Source: Dehalococcoidia bacterium (GTDB lineage Bacteria; Chloroflexota; Dehalococcoidia; Lucifugimonadales; GCA-2712585). From it: DNA of 64,000 bases. Shown here one piece after another: positions 29,783 to 42,020 of the stretch (position 1 is its first letter; each line of letters starts with the position of its first letter). The notes under the pieces are model-generated. The model made no database searches. It saw only the letters and a program-made list of their open reading frames with translations, and was not told where the DNA came from. The stretch is taken from the NCBI GenBank assembly GCA_965207845.1, contig CBDBNU010000002.1, forward strand, positions 805,129 through 869,128. The letters run 5' to 3'. The position numbers were made by a program, and so were the translations under genes.

Positions 29783-30577
29783 TCATTTGACGGCCCTGAT
29801 TGAGAAGAGATGAGGGTATGAGTCATTGTACTGCGGGAACCGCCACCAGCCGTCGTTGTGCTTGGTCATGGAGGGAAAGACTTGATAGGCGGAGACCGGA
29901 AACTCGTGGAGATACTTAATGGTGAGGCCGGCCTTGGCCAGAGCAGTGACTATGTCGCCGATGCTGTGCTGCCATTCGTAATCCGGACTGGCGATGAGGT
30001 TTCCGTCGGTGTAGGTGGGGCGGCTGCCTTCGAAGAACCGCTGGTGGTGGAAGTAGCTGTATGTTGGGAGGATTTTGCCTGTCTCGGACTCCTTGAACAT
30101 TCCCATTGCAGGGTGTTTGTCCAGGATGTAGAAGATGCCGCCCGGTCGAAGGAAGCGGTGAATGATTGAGGCCCATCGGTCAAGGTCAGGCAGCCAACTG
30201 AGAACGCCGATTGACGTAAAGACGATGTCGAATTGCTCTTGCAGGATGTGGGGCAGTTCGTATAAGTCGGAACGAATGAACCGGGTATCGGCGATGGCCT
30301 CATCATTCAGGGCGCGGGCAAGGTCTATGGCTGTGTTGGAGAAGTCAATTCCGGTGGCCTTTGCACCGAGGCGCGACCATGACATTGTGTCCAATCCGAA
30401 GTGGCATTGAAGATGCAGGAGAGTCTTGCCAGATACGTGGCCGACTTCACGGCGTTCGATGTCATTCAGGGTGATGCGGCCCTTTTTGAAGCTTTCGACG
30501 TCGTAGAAGACTGAGGCAGCATGGACTGGTGTGCGCTCGTTCCAGTTGTTGCGATTGACTGCTAGTCGTTTATCCAT
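29783..30577 (-). CDS. Class I SAM-dependent methyltransferase
   Basis: LLHLQCHFGLD, WLPDL..W, LRPGG. Confidence 0.88.
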   Translation of the reverse strand: MDKRLAVNRNNWNERTPVHAASVFYDVESFKKGRITLNDIERREVGHVSGKTLLHLQCHFGLDTMSWSRLGAKATGIDFSNTAIDLARALNDEAIADTRFIRSDLYELPHILQEQFDIVFTSIGVLSWLPDLDRWASIIHRFLRPGGIFYILDKHPAMGMFKESETGKILPTYSYFHHQRFFEGSRPTYTDGNLIASPDYEWQHSIGDIVTALAKAGLTIKYLHEFPVSAYQVFPSMTKHNDGWWRFPQYNDSYPHLFSIRAVK

Positions 30578-30653
30578 ATATGCCGGTCTCTCTTGAGAAT
30601 GGACGCTGTGCGAAGGATGGATTCCCGCCTCCGTGGGGGGGAAGGGGATGGGG

Positions 30654-31436
30654 TTATTGGCCGGTGAATTTTGGGGGTGTTTTGTTCAAGAAGGAGTTGA
30701 TGCCGCGCTGGCGGTCCTGGGTGGTCTGAAGGATGAAGCTGAGGTCGGCTTCCAGGTTGAGGCCCTGGGGCAGGGGCATATCGAGGCCTTTGTGGACGGC
30801 TTCTTTGAGGTAGCGGACGGCTATGGGGGCGGCGTGGGCGATGGTGGTGGCAAGCTTTATGGCGGCAGTTTCGAGGTCTCTTTCGGGGGTGATGGCGTTG
30901 AGGAGGCCGATTTCGAGCGCTTCGGAGGCTGAGAGGGGGCGTCCGGTGAGGAGGAGTTCGAGGGCGCGGGCGCGTCCGACGATCCGGGGGAGTCGCTGTG
31001 TGCCGCCGTCGAAGGGGATGAAGCCTTCAGTGAGGGATGAGAAGCAGAAGGTTGCGTTTTCGTCAGCGATGCGGAGGTCGCAGGCGAGGGCGAGTTCGAG
31101 GGCCTGATTCCAGGCACGGCCCCGGATGGCGGCGATGGTGGGGGCCTTCAGGTTGGCGACATGGGATGCGATGCGTAAGCGTTGGAGGGTGAGTTTGGAG
31201 TCGTCGTCGGGGGGGTTGTTTTGGGAGAAGGGGTTGGGGTCTTCGGGCCAGAATGTTGGGCACGCGTTTGTCAAGATTATGGCGCGGAGGGTGGGGTCTT
31301 CGTTGAGGGACTGGCAGATATCGATAAGCTGCTCGGCGGAGGTGGGGTTAGGGGAGGCATCGTCGCCTGGGATTTGAAGGCGTATGGCGGCAATCGTGTC
31401 GTGGATTTCGAGGCGAATGTTATTGCGAATCGACAT
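30654..31436 (-). CDS. Enoyl-CoA hydratase/isomerase family protein
   Basis: PTIAAIRG, ELALACDLRIA, GGTQRLPRIVG. Confidence 0.88.
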   Translation of the reverse strand: MSIRNNIRLEIHDTIAAIRLQIPGDDASPNPTSAEQLIDICQSLNEDPTLRAIILTNACPTFWPEDPNPFSQNNPPDDDSKLTLQRLRIASHVANLKAPTIAAIRGRAWNQALELALACDLRIADENATFCFSSLTEGFIPFDGGTQRLPRIVGRARALELLLTGRPLSASEALEIGLLNAITPERDLETAAIKLATTIAHAAPIAVRYLKEAVHKGLDMPLPQGLNLEADLSFILQTTQDRQRGINSFLNKTPPKFTGQ

Positions 31437-31491
31437 AAGTAAGGGGAAATCAAGGGCTTTGGGTTACGATTTTCGCTGAAAAATTGGTCTA

Positions 31492-31520
31492 TTGACAGTA
31501 TTCAGGGCGTAGTTTATCAT
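31492..31520 (+). promoter_or_regulatory. Sigma70-type promoter of groESL
   Basis: TTGACA-N17-TATCAT. Confidence 0.8.
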
Positions 31521-31531
31521 ACCTGTTGATT

Positions 31532-31558
31532 TTAGCACTCTGCAGATTCGACTGCTAA
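31532..31558 (+). promoter_or_regulatory. CIRCE element (HrcA operator)
   Basis: TTAGCACTC-N9-GACTGCTAA, one mismatch to consensus, upstream of groES. Confidence 0.92.
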
Positions 31559-31618
31559 TTTAGTAGTCATAACGATGAAGGCAGATCCGATAATACACCA
31601 AATTTATAGGAGGAAGCA

Positions 31619-31912
31619 TTGGTGAAATTCACGCCTTTAGGAGAAAGGTTGATAGTCAAGCCTCTGGAAGAGGAACAGACCACATCTTCAGGAATAATCC
31701 TTCCGGATACAGCCAAGGAGAAGCCGCAGGAGGGTGAGGTTGTGGCGGTGGGGCCCGGCCGGGTGACCGACGATGGCGCGCGAGTGCCGATGGAAATCCA
31801 GACCGGTGACAGGATCATCTACTCCAAGTACGCAGGTACGGAGTACAAGGACGAGGGTCAGGAGTACCTGATTCTCCGCGAGAGCGACGTGCTGGCCAAG
31901 GTGAACCGGTAG
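31619..31912 (+). CDS. groES: Co-chaperonin GroES
   Basis: [22 protein letters not shown]. Confidence 0.97.
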   Translation: MVKFTPLGERLIVKPLEEEQTTSSGIILPDTAKEKPQEGEVVAVGPGRVTDDGARVPMEIQTGDRIIYSKYAGTEYKDEGQEYLILRESDVLAKVNR

Positions 31913-31944
31913 ATTCGGAATCGGTCTGACGACGCAAGAGATGA

Positions 31945-33594
<1,650 letters not shown>

Positions 33595-33633
33595 AGAAGA
33601 GAAACTTCGCTCCCTGAGGGGAGCGGGGATGAA

Positions 33634-33666
33634 GAAGGGCGGCCCGGTTGGGCCGCCCTTCTTTTT
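33634..33666 (+). terminator. Rho-independent terminator
   Basis: GAAGGGCGGCCC-GGTT-GGGCCGCCCTTC followed by TTTTT. Confidence 0.85.
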
Positions 33667-33699
33667 GCCTTATATATTTGTCTAGTCGGGTATTTCTAG

Positions 33700-34800
33700 G
33701 AAGATGGAGCTGAATTAGCTTCCTCACTCATACCTCTGGTCTCTCTAACCTGATTGCTGTGTCTCTTCCATCCAAGATGTCCCCATACTCCCGACAATAC
33801 AGTTACTAGACTTGCAACCATCACTATAGCCAAGAACATCGATTACATGAAGAACTACATTTCGGACGTCAGTAGGGCAACCAACGCAGTAATCCCAATG
33901 CCGGGAGAAGCACACAGTGCTCCAAGCCACATTTCGTAGTGATTGGAAGTAAGATTATCTAACCGATCCTCACTAACCTCGTACAGTGTAGGCCTAGCTT
34001 CGAGTACTCGAACGTTCCTTCTGCCGGTTCTGAAAACACTGCGACAAGGTGTCTCCTGATTAGACACTGTAGGGTTCTAGTCCCAAGATATCGCCTAGCC
34101 CAAGCGTCATTATATTGATGTAGAACGTATAGCCACAGTGGCTGCACATTACTGAAGCCATTGGATATACAACTGGCTTGCGAACAATTTAACCGGACCG
34201 AAATTCTGTTGCAGGCATCATCACCAAATCTTCAGACACCGACCATTCTTCTACGGTGTTACCACTCACTGGACAACTCAGAATCCTGTCTATCAGCTTT
34301 TCCTGAATGGCCTCGATAACGAGCGCGCTGATATCACCTTCGTAAGGAGTGCTTACGCTTTCAGTAATTGCTTTTGACTCATATTCTATTCCTTCCTTCA
34401 TTGGCAATAGTCTCTATTGCATCGGCGATAGCTGCCAGATATCTAGCCTGAATAGCCATATATCTCGTCTGCATAATCATGAGATTACGTTCACTCAATT
34501 CATCCTCACCAAGTATCTGCCGATCATCCTCTAGTACCTCTTCGTAATGATCAATCCAACGTCGAGACATGATTCTTTGACTCCTTGAGAAACTCATTAA
34601 CACATTCTAGTAAGTTGACTGTCAAGCAAGACTTGATCGAAGTATCTCGATCTACGGAATTCAGGAATGTACTAATGGCTGATAGGCCTTGTGTCCCTTA
34701 TCTGTTCATAGCTTATAATTCCGGATCTCGAGCCAAGTATAGCCGTAATGGTGCCTCCATGTCTGCTTAGTTCATGTATGGTGTTCGTATTGATTCTTAC
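33700..34800 (-). pseudogene. Lower-GC region of fragmented, probably decayed foreign ORFs
   Basis: Abrupt composition change. Chain of short overlapping minus-strand ORFs broken by stops and frameshifts. Confidence 0.4.
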
Positions 34801-35117
34801 AATGTTCCGAATTGCCTGCGACGGCGAGTAAGGCCAGCTAGGATCGTTGTGTTTTTGACTGCGGTAGGCAGGGATAAACATGTGGCATGTGAGGCCGATG
34901 GGCATGAGTGGGGTTCTCGTGGGGCAGACGAGAATGGAAAGGACGCAGTAATCAGGGGACTGGATTCGGGAATTCGCTGGAATGACGGAAGAGGAGGCTA
35001 GGGGGTGGGAGGTAGCGAGGGGCGGGGATTTCACCCCCATCCAAACCTTCCCCCGTCGAGGGGGAAGGTTTGGGAGTGAAGGGGTATGACGGTGTGGGAG
35101 GGGTCTGTTACGGAGGC

Positions 35118-35152
35118 GAGATCCTTCGTCGCGGAGCCTCCTCAGGATGACA
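35118..35152 (+). repeat. Variant of the IS110 target repeat (empty)
   Basis: GAGATCCTTCGTCGCGGAGCCTCCTCAGGATGACA. Confidence 0.85.
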
Positions 35153-35295
35153 TGTGCTTATGCAAGGGGGACAGGGAAGGGAGTTGGGCGGGTATGGCGA
35201 AAAATGGAACGTGGGTGGAGTGTTGATTCCTGCCTTCGCAGGAACAAGAGGGGGTGGTAGAATGCGGGGAGCGTTGATTTCGGGAGGGTTTCTTC

Positions 35296-35970
35296 GTGGC
35301 TCATGGGAAGGTCTATTCGTCGGCAGTGGAGGCGTTGGAGGGCGTGTTTGACGGGGCTGTCATCATGCTGGGGGGCTTCGGCGTGGCGGGGCTGCCTCAG
35401 AATCTGGTGAAGGCCTTGATGGAGTTGGGGACGCGGGATTTGACGACTATCAGCAACACGTGCTTCGAGCCGAAGCCGGATGAGTATGACGTGGCGCGCT
35501 TGGTGGAGAGGGGGCAAGTGCGGAAGGTGATTACGACGTTCTTTGGTCGTCCGAACCAGGAGATTCCGGCGTTGGAGTTGTGGCGTTCCGGGAAGCTGGA
35601 GGTGGAGGTGATGCCGCAGGGAATTATGGCGGAACGGATGCGGGCGGCGGGTGCGGGCCTCGGCGGGGTGTACGTGCCGAATTACGTGGGGACGGTGTTT
35701 GAGGAGTCGGACGTGCGGGAGTTTGGTGAGAAGGAGTATGTGATGGCGTCGCCGTTGGGGGCGGACTTCGCGTTGGTTGGGGGGCACCGGGCGGACAGGT
35801 CGGGGAATCTGACGTATCGGCTGGCGCAGCGGAATTACAATCCGACGATGGCGTCGGCGGCGAGGGTGACGGTGGCGGAGGTGCGGGAGGTGGTTGAGGT
35901 GGGGGAGTTGGACCCGGAGCGGGTGGTGACGCCGGGGATATATGTGAATCGGATTGTTGTGGGAGGGTGA
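35296..35970 (+). CDS. 3-oxoacid CoA-transferase subunit A
   Basis: LGGFG, PQGIMAERMRAAGAG, GNL.Y...RNYNP.MA, TPGIYV. Confidence 0.92.
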   Translation: MAHGKVYSSAVEALEGVFDGAVIMLGGFGVAGLPQNLVKALMELGTRDLTTISNTCFEPKPDEYDVARLVERGQVRKVITTFFGRPNQEIPALELWRSGKLEVEVMPQGIMAERMRAAGAGLGGVYVPNYVGTVFEESDVREFGEKEYVMASPLGADFALVGGHRADRSGNLTYRLAQRNYNPTMASAARVTVAEVREVVEVGELDPERVVTPGIYVNRIVVGG

Positions 35971-36185
35971 GAGAGATGGTGGCAGCGTGCATCACCCCCA
36001 TCCAAACCTTCCCCCATCGAGGGGGAAGGGTGAAGAGGGGAGGGGGACATCCGCCTCACGCCCCGCACTGGGTTGTGCTGGCATTGCAGGAACAAGAAGG
36101 GGAGCACCCCCATCCCTTCGACAGGCTCAGGGCAGGCTCAATCTTCCCCCTTCGATGGGGAAGAGGTTTTGGGAGTTGGAGTTAG

Positions 36186-37616
36186 GTGATGGGTGAGCGG
36201 TTGAGCAGGGAGTTGATGGCGCTGCGGGTGGCGGCGGAGCTGCGCCCGCGGGAGGTGGTGAATCTGGGTATCGGGATGCCGACGCTGGTGGCGAATTTTG
36301 TGCCGGAGGGTCGGGGGGTGGTGCTTCACTCGGAGAACGGGATTCTGGGCTATGGCGTCCACGCGAGGGAGGGGGAGGAGGATCCGGACCTGATCAATGC
36401 CCGGGCGGAGCATGTGACGTGGCAGCCGGGGGGATCGGTCATCAGTCATACGGACGCTTTCAGCATTGTGCGGAGTGGGCGGCTGGACGTGGCGGTGTTG
36501 GGGGCGTTGCAGGTGTCGGAGCGGGGAAACCTGGCAAACTGGATGGTGCCGAGCAAGGGTGTGGGGAGTCCGGGAGGGGGTCTGGACATGGCGGCCGGGG
36601 CGAAGCGTCTCATCGCGATCATGGAGCATTCGAAGGATGGGGAGCCGAAGATCCTGAGAGAGTGCAGCTATCCTTTGACGGTGGCGGGTCGCGTGAATCT
36701 CATAGTAACGGACATTGCGGTGATTGAAGTGACGTCGGAGGGGTTGGCGCTGCGGGAGCGGGCACCGGGGTGGTCTGTAGATGATATCCAGGCGGAGACG
36801 GAGGCGCGGCTGAAAGTGGCGGAGACGGTGAGGGAGATGGAATTTGTGATTCCGGAGACTCTCCCTTCGAGCAAGGTGTATACGAGCGCGGCTGCGGCGG
36901 TGTCGGACATTCCGGATGGGGCGACGATATTGATGGACGGGTTCGGGGGGATTGGGGGGATGTCGCACTTGCTGATGCTGGCGCTGCGGGACCAGGGGGC
37001 GAAGGGGTTGACGGTGGTAGGCAACACTGTGGGCATCGCGCGGGTTTCTGCATTCGGGCAGCCGCCGGAACCGGTCCTGCAGGCGATAGACCATGCCATT
37101 CTGGTGGAGAGGGGGCAGATCAGCCACGCTATCGCGTCGTTCCCGGTGTCGCCTTCGCCTTCGAGGCCGTCGGCGTTCGAGGAGGCGTACCAGAGGGGGG
37201 AGGTTACGCTGGAGGTTGTGCCGCAGGGGACGCTGGCGGAGCGGCTGCGGGCGGGGGGCGCCGGAGTGCCGGCATTCTTGACGCCGACGGGTGCGGGGAC
37301 GGTGGTGGCGGAGGGGAAGGAGACGCGGGTCATAGACGGCCGGGAGTATGTGCTGGAGCGGGCGATTCGAGGGGATTACGCGTTCATCCGGGCACACAAG
37401 GCGGACACGGCGGGGAACCTGGTCTATCGGGGAACTTCCCGGAACTTCAACGCTGCTATGGCGACGGCGGCGGCGGTGACAATTGCGGAGGTGGACGAGA
37501 TTGTGGAGGCGGGATCGCTGGACCCGGAGGAGATAGTGACGCCGGGGTTGTACGTGGACAGGATTGTTGAGAGGCCGTCGGGGTTTTCTCCGTTCAGGCC
37601 GGTTGAGGAGGGTTAG
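36186..37616 (+). CDS. Fused CoA-transferase, subunit B followed by subunit A
   Basis: N-half VNLGIGMPT, HSENG, GNLANW. C-half DGFGG, PQGTLAERLRAGGAG, RNFN. Confidence 0.88.
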   Translation: MMGERLSRELMALRVAAELRPREVVNLGIGMPTLVANFVPEGRGVVLHSENGILGYGVHAREGEEDPDLINARAEHVTWQPGGSVISHTDAFSIVRSGRLDVAVLGALQVSERGNLANWMVPSKGVGSPGGGLDMAAGAKRLIAIMEHSKDGEPKILRECSYPLTVAGRVNLIVTDIAVIEVTSEGLALRERAPGWSVDDIQAETEARLKVAETVREMEFVIPETLPSSKVYTSAAAAVSDIPDGATILMDGFGGIGGMSHLLMLALRDQGAKGLTVVGNTVGIARVSAFGQPPEPVLQAIDHAILVERGQISHAIASFPVSPSPSRPSAFEEAYQRGEVTLEVVPQGTLAERLRAGGAGVPAFLTPTGAGTVVAEGKETRVIDGREYVLERAIRGDYAFIRAHKADTAGNLVYRGTSRNFNAAMATAAAVTIAEVDEIVEAGSLDPEEIVTPGLYVDRIVERPSGFSPFRPVEEG

Positions 37617-37617
37617 G

Positions 37618-38283
37618 TTGGAGAAGGAGCGGCTGCCGAGGGACGTAATCGCGATGCGGGTGGCGAAGGAGCTGCCGGCGGGGGCGGTGGTGAATTTGGG
37701 GATCGGGATACCTACGCTGGTGTCGAATTACCTGGAGGGGGATCTGTCGGTTTCGTACCACAGCGAGAGCGGGGTGCTGAATTACGGGCCGCTGGCGGAG
37801 GACGTCGAGAAGGACTATGACCTGATCAACGCGGGCGGGCAGTTTCTGAGCTGGGTGCCGGGGATGGCATTCTTCGGCTCGGACGAGGCGTTTGCGATGA
37901 TTCGAGGGGGGCACGTGGAAGTGACGGTGCTGGGGGCGCTGCAGGTGTCGGAGAGGGGAGACCTGGCGAACTGGATGCTGCCACAGCGGGGGGTAGGGAA
38001 CATCGGCGGCGCGATGGACCTGGCGGTGGGGGCGAAGCGGGTGATAGTGGCGATGGAGCACACGGACCGTCGGAACCGGCCGAAGGTGGTGAGGGAGTGT
38101 ACGTTTCCGTTGACGGGGAGGGGGTGTGTGAGCCTGGTGGTGACGGACCTGGCGGTGATGGAGGTTACGCCGGAGGGTTTAGTGCTGCGGGAGGTGGCGC
38201 CGGACTGGACGGCGGCTGAGGTGCAGGAGTTGACGGAGGCGCGGCTGTTGGTGGGGGAGGACTTGAGGGAGTATGAGTTGTAG
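37618..38283 (+). CDS. 3-oxoacid CoA-transferase subunit B
   Basis: VNLGIGIPT, HSESG, GGAMDL. TTG start 1 nt after the upstream stop. Confidence 0.9.
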   Translation: MEKERLPRDVIAMRVAKELPAGAVVNLGIGIPTLVSNYLEGDLSVSYHSESGVLNYGPLAEDVEKDYDLINAGGQFLSWVPGMAFFGSDEAFAMIRGGHVEVTVLGALQVSERGDLANWMLPQRGVGNIGGAMDLAVGAKRVIVAMEHTDRRNRPKVVRECTFPLTGRGCVSLVVTDLAVMEVTPEGLVLREVAPDWTAAEVQELTEARLLVGEDLREYEL

Positions 38284-38856
38284 GGGGGAGAGCCTGGGCA
38301 GCCGCCCCTTCTGCCCAGACTCTCGATAGTGGTTATTTGGGCTTATTCAGCCAATTGCTAGTGATAGGTTCGATAAAAATTAGCAAATGTATGAATATGT
38401 GTAGCGAGATTAGGAATTCCATCTCGCGGTCACAGCGATTGGTTTAACATGCATTTCATGTTTCAAAGCATTCCTCCTTTTGGCTTATTCATTGGTTTAC
38501 ATTGGAATCTCTATAGCCGAAAATAAGGTCTCAAAATATAGAACAATACAAGAATGCAAGCGAAGATAAGGAACGTCGCGGGGCGGCTAACAACGGAAAA
38601 TAAAGAAAGTGGAAAAATGAAAATGCTCCATATGTCTGGAGCAAGAAGAGGAATTGCGGAATGCCTAGCGGGATCTAGGAATTGCAACAAGCCGAGAATA
38701 ACAGAATTCTGTTATTTCAAGGTCAAATCAAAAAGCTTTGGTTAATATTAGTAATGTACTACAGTTTCGATGTCGCATAGCGCTGACCAAGGACTATTTT
38801 ACGACGAAAACATCATTGCATACTGGATGGCAAACAGTCAACCCCTGGGCATCCTC

Positions 38857-39936
38857 TTATTCAGCCGCTGCCGTAATCTCCGCTATCAGGGAGGCGGCCC
38901 GTTCCTGTGCAGCTGCTGCCTTTGCCTGCTCATCTGTGATGCGCGCTTCAAGGGTTCTCTTTTCGCTTTCGTTTTTAGCCTGAATCCGGTCAATTTCGTC
39001 AATGAGGGGCTGTATGCTCTCTGTCCATGTGTCCCACATAAAGATTTGGGTTTCAAGAAATAAGCTAGTTAGCTCCTCCCTGGTCTTGGTGGCCTCGTTC
39101 TGGGTCGTCAATATCTGCTGCTCAATGTCTTCAATGCGGGCTTGAATCTCCAAGCGGATCCCCAAAGCATCCGTTACTATCTTCTCGATTTCCTTAACCG
39201 TCTCGAGTTTACGCTCTATTGAGGCTAGCTCTATCTTTGCAGCCTGCAAATTGGCTTCCTCGACAATCTTGGCTTGCTCCAGCCGGGTTGCTTCTTCTCT
39301 GGCAGATTTCTCGGCTGCAAGTTCAGCAATGCAGGCGTTGATAAGCTGACCGCGGATTGCCCAAGATGCGGGGATTTCAAAGTATGGGCTGAAGTAACCG
39401 AGACGATGAAGAGGGTGCGGTCCGGCATAGCGATTTTTCTCTGGCTCGAACATTGCGAGGTAAATGTAGCTGTAATCCGATCCTATTGGCACATTGAAAT
39501 CCGGTACTGAGGAATCCACCCCGTAGTTAGTGGTTGCCCGGACTGACACATGCCTATCATTGCCGGTTACACCGTTGATTCCGATAACTGTTAAAGGGTG
39601 GTATTGCTGGTCATCCCAATCTTCCGATGTGTTTCGACGGGAGGGGTAGACGCGCGGCGGCCCAGAGCCTCCTCCTGGGGCAATGTCCCGCTCGTAGTTG
39701 ACCCCGTGGAATCTGAACACGCCATAGCAAACAGGGTATTCCTTAACCATCAGGAATTCCACTGACGTGGCATTATCCAAATGGTAGTGCCAGCGGCATG
39801 GACTGTTGGTGTTGCCGGGTATCTCCCTGTCTGATGGGTCGCAATCAGTGGGAATGTCTGCCGAGACGGAAGCGGACGTACCTATGGATAGAGTGATAAC
39901 GCAGATTAGAACAAAGACGACGAGCTTCGTGACCAT
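38857..39936 (-). CDS. Hypothetical exported protein with C-terminal coiled coil
   Basis: Signal peptide ending VSA-D, E/K/A-rich helical C-half, lower GC than neighbours. Confidence 0.7.
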   Translation of the reverse strand: MVTKLVVFVLICVITLSIGTSASVSADIPTDCDPSDREIPGNTNSPCRWHYHLDNATSVEFLMVKEYPVCYGVFRFHGVNYERDIAPGGGSGPPRVYPSRRNTSEDWDDQQYHPLTVIGINGVTGNDRHVSVRATTNYGVDSSVPDFNVPIGSDYSYIYLAMFEPEKNRYAGPHPLHRLGYFSPYFEIPASWAIRGQLINACIAELAAEKSAREEATRLEQAKIVEEANLQAAKIELASIERKLETVKEIEKIVTDALGIRLEIQARIEDIEQQILTTQNEATKTREELTSLFLETQIFMWDTWTESIQPLIDEIDRIQAKNESEKRTLEARITDEQAKAAAAQERAASLIAEITAAAE

Positions 39937-40158
39937 ATACAGGAACCCCCTCGCAGCACGGGATTGGGACTACTTGCCACAGCAGTCATTCACCACGAGA
40001 ATCTGCAAGGGGGCACGATGCCCCTTTCCAGTGCTGGAACCAGATTCTACGTGGGAGTGAGTTTCCTGCTGTGGCAGATAGAATGTTAGACACGCTCCAA
40101 ATATGTGTCAAGCAAATGTACTCGCTCACAGTTAACAAGCAGGAAGGGAGTTTGGGTT

Positions 40159-41541
40159 ATGACGTTTACGGAGAGGATGGCTGAGTTTGCGTTTTCGCTG
40201 GGGAGTGACGGGGTGCCGGAGGGGGTGGAGAGGGCGGCGCGGATGTATTTGGCGGATACGATGGGGTGCATGGTGGGGGCGTATGATGGCGAGCCGGTTA
40301 GGGCGTTGCGTCGGTGGGTGGTGGAGAGGGGAAGCGTTGGGGAGTCGACGATTCTTGTGGGCGGTGACAGGGTGGGGGTTGCGGAGGCGGCGCTGGTGAA
40401 CGGGACGATGGTTAGGTATCTGGACGCCAACGACATCATGATTGAGGCGGGAGGGAGTGCCGGTCACTTCAGTGACGCGACGCCGAGTTTGCTGGCAATG
40501 GCTGAGAAGCATGGGCGGACGGCGGAGGAGTTTGTGACGTGCGTGGTGGCTTCGTATGAATTGCAGGCGGCGCTGAACCGGGCCTTCCCCTTCATGTCGC
40601 GGGGGTTTCATTCGCTGTCGCAGGTCTCGTGGGTTGCGCCGATTCTGTCGGTGTGGTTGGCGGGTGGGACAAGGGAACAGGCCGTGCACGCGGCGGGGCT
40701 TTCGGGGACTACAGGGATGGTGCTCAACACGTGGCTCAAACCTTCCGCGAATATTCCGTGGATAAAGGCGGTGGGGGTGGGGATGGCCGGACAGCGGGCG
40801 GTGGAGTCGGCGGAGATGGCGATGATGGGCGTGACGGCGTCTGAGGGCGCGCTGGAGAGCATGGTGGAGGCGCTGGGGCCGGCTGAGGCGGAGGACGTGG
40901 ATCTGAGGGAGATGGAGCGTTTGGGGGAGGTGTGGCATACGCCGCGGAACATAATCAAGGCGTATCCGTCGCAGATTTACACGCAGGCGGCGGTGGAGGC
41001 GTCGGTGGAGCTGTACCGGCGGGGGGTGCGGGCCGGGCGGGTGGAGAGGATAATTTTGTATGGGCATCGGAATGTGGCTTCGGGGGTGCAGGGGTCCGGG
41101 GAGGCTTACCGGCCTACGAGTCGAGAGTCGGCGGACCACAGCACACCGTTTGTGATGTCGATGGCGCTGCTTAGGGGGGAGCTGACGCGGAGGGAGTTTG
41201 AGGGGGCGCCGTGGGAGCGCGGGGAGGTGCGGGCGTTGATGGACAGGATTGGGCTTGTGGTGGAGGATGAACGGGACAGAGCGTACGTGGAAAGGGGGGT
41301 GCTGGGGGTCAGGGTGGAGGCGGAGATGGTGGGAGGGGTAAGGGAGGTTGTTGAGATTGAGCAGCCGAAGGGGCACCCGGATGCGCCGTTCGGGGAGGAT
41401 GATTTGGTGCGGAAGATTGGGTGGTTGGTGGAGGGAGTGGGGGATTCTGGGACGGCTGGGCGGTTGGTGGAGCATTGTCGGGGGATGTCGTCGAGGGGGG
41501 ATTTGGAGGAGTTGATTGATGCTTGTAGGGTTGGGGTGTAG
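40159..41541 (+). CDS. MmgE/PrpD family protein
   Basis: AALVNGTMVRYLDAND, IKAYPS, SADHS, PKGHP. Confidence 0.88.
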   Translation: MTFTERMAEFAFSLGSDGVPEGVERAARMYLADTMGCMVGAYDGEPVRALRRWVVERGSVGESTILVGGDRVGVAEAALVNGTMVRYLDANDIMIEAGGSAGHFSDATPSLLAMAEKHGRTAEEFVTCVVASYELQAALNRAFPFMSRGFHSLSQVSWVAPILSVWLAGGTREQAVHAAGLSGTTGMVLNTWLKPSANIPWIKAVGVGMAGQRAVESAEMAMMGVTASEGALESMVEALGPAEAEDVDLREMERLGEVWHTPRNIIKAYPSQIYTQAAVEASVELYRRGVRAGRVERIILYGHRNVASGVQGSGEAYRPTSRESADHSTPFVMSMALLRGELTRREFEGAPWERGEVRALMDRIGLVVEDERDRAYVERGVLGVRVEAEMVGGVREVVEIEQPKGHPDAPFGEDDLVRKIGWLVEGVGDSGTAGRLVEHCRGMSSRGDLEELIDACRVGV

Positions 41542-41790
41542 GGGGAAAAAGTGGGCCCCCGCGTGCGCGAGGGAACGGGTGGGGGGATTATTCGTTTCGG
41601 GGGGATTTGTTGTTGTTGTAGTGGAATCGAATATTGGACCTGGGCAGGGATGAGCGTTCATGTGTGCTAGTGTGGGAGATTGTAGCAGGGAGAGGGGCAT
41701 TGTGACAAGGGAATGTTGTCAGTTCCGCGGAGGTGGGTAGTGAAGCGGCTCGGGTGGGAGAGGGTGGCGGAATCAGGCGTAAAGGGCAAC

Positions 41791-41992
41791 GAGATTCTTC
41801 GTCGCGGGGCCTCCTCAGAATGACATTTGGGTTGGAGGGGGAAGGGTGGAGAGGGGGAACGGGGAGACCCTCAACCCTTCGGAAGACTCAGGGCAGGCTC
41901 TAACCTTCTCCCAGGACGGGAGAAGGGAGGGAACGGGTAGGGAGGCCCCCCCACTACTAGATTCTTCGTCGGGGGGCCTCCTCAGAATGACA
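41791..41992 (+). repeat. Repeat cluster with two empty IS110 targets (41791-41825, 41958-41992)
   Basis: Two copies of AGATTCTTCGTCGNGGGGCCTCCTCAGAATGACA around a CCCTTCGGAAGACTCAGGGCAGGC unit. Confidence 0.88.
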
Positions 41993-42020
41993 TGCAGGTA
42001 GAGGAGAAGAGGGGAGGGGG

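Noticed and set aside
40132-41700. Long His/Pro/Arg-rich ORFs such as 40132-41700, 36138-37397 and 23455-24681
   Set aside because: Shadow or off-frame ORFs overlapping well-supported genes, produced by high GC and strand skew.
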